NCBI GenBank assembly: GCA_046735355.1
Contig: JBKPTC010000073.1
Span: forward strand, 1 to 62,192
Direction: 5' to 3'
DNA from: a bacterium
GTDB lineage: Bacteria > Actinomycetota > UBA4738 > HRBIN12
Length of the DNA: 62,192 bases
In this document: one piece after another, positions 59,085 through 62,192 of the stretch
Layout: each line of letters begins with the position of its first letter
How positions within the stretch are numbered: position 1 is the stretch's first letter
Position numbers and translations under genes: made by a program
The notes under the pieces: model-generated
Seen by the model: the letters and a program-made list of their open reading frames with translations, nothing else
Databases searched by the model: none
Told to the model about the DNA's origin: nothing

Positions 59085-59963
59085 CTAGTTGGCGGCGGGA
59101 CACCGGGCGTGTCGACCCAGGATCTGCAGCCCGTGGAGGTCGCCCGCCCCGAACGTGGTGACGCTCGGATCCGGCCGACGGTCGGCGCCATCGACCTGCG
59201 GTGACCACATCACCTCGTCCCCCGCGCCGACGTGGGCGAGCCCGAGGACATGTCCCAGCTCGTGCATCAACACGACGCCGTCGCTGAAGCGCCACGAGAA
59301 CCCGGGCGACAGGTCGCCTCCGGCGTCGACGGCGACGACGCCGGACTCGTACGTCGAGAACTGCGCACCGTCGCCCGTGGTCGGCATGCCGAACGCGGCA
59401 GCCCGGGTCGTGTCCACCAGGTAGTCGAAGTGCTCGTGCGGGACCCAATCGATCAGGACGGGGAACCAGCGGGGCGTCGAGCCCGTCTGGAACGCCCGGC
59501 CGATCTGGTCGTCGACCGTTCGCACCGTGACGCCGTCGAACTCGAACCGGAACCCGCTCGCGTCGGAGATCCGCTGCATCGCGGTGCGCACGTCCCCCAG
59601 GGCGTACTCGGGCGCGTCCTGCAGGTTCACCTCGTAGTGGATCGGCACGCAGGGATCCCATCGGTACGGCCGTCCGTCGGCGAGCTGTCGAAGGAACGCG
59701 TAGTCGTCGTCCGCCGCGATCGCCGACCGCCCCGGCATCGAGTCGCGGCCGCCTACGAGGCTGCCGATCGTCGCGGCGACGAGCGCGAGCACGACGATCG
59801 CGGCGATTGCGACCCGGCCGGAGCGGCGACGCCGCTCCTCTTCCGGCGAGCGCCACGGCTCGTACGGCCGGGGCGCCAGGGCCGACGGCGGGGGCGGCAG
59901 GGTCGACGGCGGGGGTGGAAGCGATCGGCCGACCTCCGGCGTCGGTCGCGCCGGTGTTTCCAT
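59085..59963 (-). CDS. Membrane-anchored zinc metalloprotease (metzincin, HExxHxxGxxH)
   Basis: This is the 3' part of ORF 59085..60233, with an ATG at 59963. It has a Pro-rich N-terminus and the TM segment VAIAAIVVLALVAATIGSLVG. The active site is VLMHELGHVLGLAHV, followed by a Met-turn-like EVMWSP. Confidence 0.7.
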   Translation of the reverse strand: METPARPTPEVGRSLPPPPSTLPPPPSALAPRPYEPWRSPEEERRRRSGRVAIAAIVVLALVAATIGSLVGGRDSMPGRSAIAADDDYAFLRQLADGRPYRWDPCVPIHYEVNLQDAPEYALGDVRTAMQRISDASGFRFEFDGVTVRTVDDQIGRAFQTGSTPRWFPVLIDWVPHEHFDYLVDTTRAAAFGMPTTGDGAQFSTYESGVVAVDAGGDLSPGFSWRFSDGVVLMHELGHVLGLAHVGAGDEVMWSPQVDGADRRPDPSVTTFGAGDLHGLQILGRHARCPAAN

Positions 59964-60003
59964 GCGCAGATGGTACGGCCGGCGGACGGACGGGCGGCCG
60001 GTG

Positions 60004-60822
60004 TCAGCGCTCCACGAGCGCTCGATACACGGCGTTCGCCGACGCGCCGTGGCGTCGAGCCGCCTCCGCGGCGGCCTCGCGCTTCCGCGCGCCCGATGAG
60101 ACGAGTTGGCGGGCCGTCTCGATCGCGGCGGGCATGTCGACCGGTGCGTCGGCGGCGCCCTCGAACACGACGACGATCTCGCCTCGGAGCGGCGAGGCCT
60201 CGACGCGCTCGAGGACCTCGCGAACCGTGCCACGAACGACCTCCTCGTGGAGCTTCGTCAGCTCGCGCGCGACGGCAACGCGACGATCGCCGAACGCGTC
60301 GGCGGCGTCGCGCAGCAACGCGACGGTCCGGGCCGGCGACTCGAATACGACGATCGTCCTCGGCTCGGTCGCGATCCGGCCGAGCCATGCTCGTCGCTCA
60401 GCGGCGCGACGCGGCGGGAAGCCGTCGAAGACGAATCGGTCGGTCGGTAGCCCGGACACGACGAGCGCCGCGAGCGCCGCCGTCGGTCCCGGAACCACCG
60501 TGACCAGGATGCCGGCGTCGATGCACGCGCGAACGAGCCGGAACCCCGGGTCGGAGATCGACGGCATCCCGGCGTCCGTCACGAGCGCGACGTCGTCGCC
60601 CGCGCCGAGGCGCTCGAGCACGTCCCGCGTCCGACGCTCCTCGTTGCCCTCGAAGAAGGACACCATCGGCTTCGAGACGCCGATGTGCTCGAGCAGCCGT
60701 CCGGTCCGGCGCGTGTCCTCGGCGGCGACGAGGTCGACGGCGCCGAGCGTCTCGCGGGCGCGGTCCGTGAGATCGCCGAGGTTGCCGATCGGCGTGCCGA
60801 CGACGAACAGCGTACCGCTCAC
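60004..60822 (-). CDS. rsmI: 16S rRNA (cytidine1402-2'-O)-methyltransferase
   Basis: 272 aa. Contains LFVVGTPIGNLGDLT.RA...L...D.VAAEDTR, DAGMPSISDPG and ARELTKLHEE. Confidence 0.9.
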   Translation of the reverse strand: MSGTLFVVGTPIGNLGDLTDRARETLGAVDLVAAEDTRRTGRLLEHIGVSKPMVSFFEGNEERRTRDVLERLGAGDDVALVTDAGMPSISDPGFRLVRACIDAGILVTVVPGPTAALAALVVSGLPTDRFVFDGFPPRRAAERRAWLGRIATEPRTIVVFESPARTVALLRDAADAFGDRRVAVARELTKLHEEVVRGTVREVLERVEASPLRGEIVVVFEGAADAPVDMPAAIETARQLVSSGARKREAAAEAARRHGASANAVYRALVER

Positions 60823-60847
60823 GCCTCGACGCTAGAGTTCCGCGCCG

Positions 60848-61360
60848 ATGCCCACAAGCGGACGCGCGAGCGGTAGCCCCCCGAGAGCAACGAGGGGATC
60901 GGGGGGCTCAAGTAGCGAGCGCGCACGCGCGAGCGGTAGCCCCCCGAGAGCGGAGAAGGACTATTCGGGGACGCCGCTGGCGAAGAAGCTCGGGATCCGC
61001 GAGGGATCTCGGATCCTCGTGATCGGCGCGCCGGACGGCTTCGAGATCGGCGGGATGCCGGGCGGCGTCGAGACGCTTCGCACGGTGCGCGACGATCTCG
61101 ACGTTGTCCTCCTGTTCGCGACCCGTCGAGCCCATCTCGAGCGCCGGTTCCCGCGCCTGCCGTCGGCGCTCGCGCCCGACGGGCGACTGTGGATCGCGTG
61201 GCCGAAGAAGGCGTCCGGCCTCGAGACGGATCTGACGTTCGACGCGGTCCAGCGGACCGGCCTGGACGCCGGGCTCGTCGACAACAAATCGGCCTCGGTC
61301 ACGGACGCGTTCCAGGGCGTCCAGTTCGTCGTCCGGCTGCGCGACCGGCGCGGCCGCTGA
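60848..61360 (+). CDS. DUF3052 family protein
   Basis: 170 aa. The conserved core begins YSGTPLAKKLGIREGSRILVIGAPDGF. The only canonical in-frame start is the ATG at 60848, which would translate the two 27-bp repeats as RASGSPPRA twice. The true start is uncertain. Confidence 0.6.
   Translation: MPTSGRASGSPPRATRGSGGSSSERARASGSPPRAEKDYSGTPLAKKLGIREGSRILVIGAPDGFEIGGMPGGVETLRTVRDDLDVVLLFATRRAHLERRFPRLPSALAPDGRLWIAWPKKASGLETDLTFDAVQRTGLDAGLVDNKSASVTDAFQGVQFVVRLRDRRGR
60862..60951 (+). repeat. Perfect 27-bp direct repeat (2 copies, 63-bp period) with an embedded 10-bp inverted repeat
   Basis: ACGCGCGAGCGGTAGCCCCCCGAGAGC occurs at 60862-60888 and again at 60925-60951. AGCCCCCCGA (60875-60884 and 60938-60947) is complementary to TCGGGGGGCT (60899-60908). 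Confidence 0.7.
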
Positions 61361-61399
61361 CCGCCGTCGCGCCCGCCACCGCCTACCATTCCGAGCCGC

Positions 61400-62192
61400 A
61401 TGGACACCGCGACCCCGTCCGGAACCGGCCTCGTGTCGCCGCGCCGGGAGACGATGCCCGAGGCGATCCGCCGTTGGCTGAACCGTCCGGCGGTCGCGAT
61501 CGTCGCCATCGCGATCGTCGCGGCGGGCATCCGGCTCGTGCACCTGTCGAATCCGCACACCCGGATCTTCGACGAGGTCTATTACTCCAAGTCGGGATGC
61601 ATCTACCTCGGCTACTCGAACGCCCGGTGCGACGTGGACAGCGCGGACGAGAAGACGTGGCGCTCGCAGGAGAACGACGTGGGCGACTGGGTGCACCCGC
61701 CGCTCGGCAAATGGATGATCGCGCTCGGCGAGCTCGCGTTCGGCACCGAGTCGTTCGGCTGGCGCGTGTCGGCCGCGGTCACCGGCACGGCGACCGTCGT
61801 CGCGCTCGCGCTGATCGTGCAGCTCCTGTTCGGCAGCGCGCTGTGGACGTTCGTCGGCGGGTTGCTGCTCGCCACCGAGAGCCTCGACGTCGTCCAGTCG
61901 CGGACGTCCATGCTCGACATCTTCGTCGCGTTCTGGGTGGTGCTCGCGTTCCTGTTCGTCCTGCTCGATCGGCGATGGATCGAGCGCCGGACGGCGCCGA
62001 GCACCGCGCCGGTCCCACGGCCCGACGCCGTCGTGGACGACGATCGCCCGACGGCCACCGTCGGCGACGGCCGGTCGACGGCGACCGACCTCGCCGTCGA
62101 GACGCCCGCGCCGCCTCCGGCCCGCTCCGTGCCCTCGCCGTTCTTCCGCCCGTGGCGCATCGCGGCCGGGGTCGCGCTCGGCGGTGCGATCG
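61400..62192 (+). CDS. pmt: Dolichyl-phosphate-mannose--protein mannosyltransferase (GT39/PMT family), 5' part; runs off window end
   Basis: The ATG at 61400 gives MDTATPSGTGLVSPRRETMPEAIRRWLNRPAVAIVAIAIVAAGIRLVHLSNPHTRIFDEVYYSKSGC...WVHPPLGKWMIALGE. The DE motif and loop 1 are typical of PMTs. The frame is open to the window end, so it is absent from the ORF track. Confidence 0.8.
   Translation, partial: MDTATPSGTGLVSPRRETMPEAIRRWLNRPAVAIVAIAIVAAGIRLVHLSNPHTRIFDEVYYSKSGCIYLGYSNARCDVDSADEKTWRSQENDVGDWVHPPLGKWMIALGELAFGTESFGWRVSAAVTGTATVVALALIVQLLFGSALWTFVGGLLLATESLDVVQSRTSMLDIFVAFWVVLAFLFVLLDRRWIERRTAPSTAPVPRPDAVVDDDRPTATVGDGRSTATDLAVETPAPPPARSVPSPFFRPWRIAAGVALGGAI

Noticed and set aside
60862-60951. 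Possible CRISPR-like repeat.
   Set aside because: There are only two copies, the repeat is 27 bp with a single 36-bp spacer, and no cas genes occur anywhere in the window. The region also lies in or at the start of a coding frame.

Overview
This is a very GC-rich window with dense coding. Its gene order is typical of Actinomycetota: pmt, rsmI, metG, tatD, rpfB-like, rsmA/ksgA, ispE ... glmU, prs, rplY, pth, mfd, mazG, eno, ftsB, DUF501/ppx. This matches my recollection of the M. tuberculosis Rv1002c-Rv1026 neighbourhood; that comparison is from memory, not a search. The left third (8089-24165, minus strand) is one seven-gene alpha-glucan/trehalose operon whose genes overlap at start/stop codons: glgE, treS-pep2 fusion, malQ, glgB, treZ, glgX, treY. 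Accessory genes are interspersed among the housekeeping genes. They include two paralogous secreted beta-propeller proteins, two small cupredoxins, a TolB-like propeller with RTX repeats, a stand-alone LigD-type polymerase domain, two c-di-GMP enzymes, an M23 peptidase, a metzincin, and a lower-GC islet next to tRNA-Gln carrying a frameshifted higB-like toxin with an intact XRE antitoxin. Two tRNAs are present: Leu-UAA and Gln-UUG. There is no CRISPR array, rRNA, transposase or recognisable defence system. Many of the long ORFs in the supplied track are antisense or out-of-frame shadow ORFs caused by the high GC content. Several true genes start internally at GTG codons that overlap the upstream stop (GTGA/ATGA). 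I found no large novel multi-gene system. The observations most worth follow-up are all below the 60-aa ORF-track cutoff or non-coding: (1) a 36-codon ORF encoding a perfect C-X2-C-X12-H-X3-H zinc finger; (2) two tandem ~29-codon hydrophobic micro-ORFs with strong Shine-Dalgarno (SD) sites upstream of a DUF5317-like/GGDEF-EAL pair; (3) an rpfB-like 5' leader with mutually exclusive SD-sequestering hairpins; (4) an rsmA N-terminal region that is clearly coding but has no ATG/GTG/TTG start; (5) a DUF501-Ppx gene fusion. All family assignments come from motif recognition by eye and need a database search to confirm.
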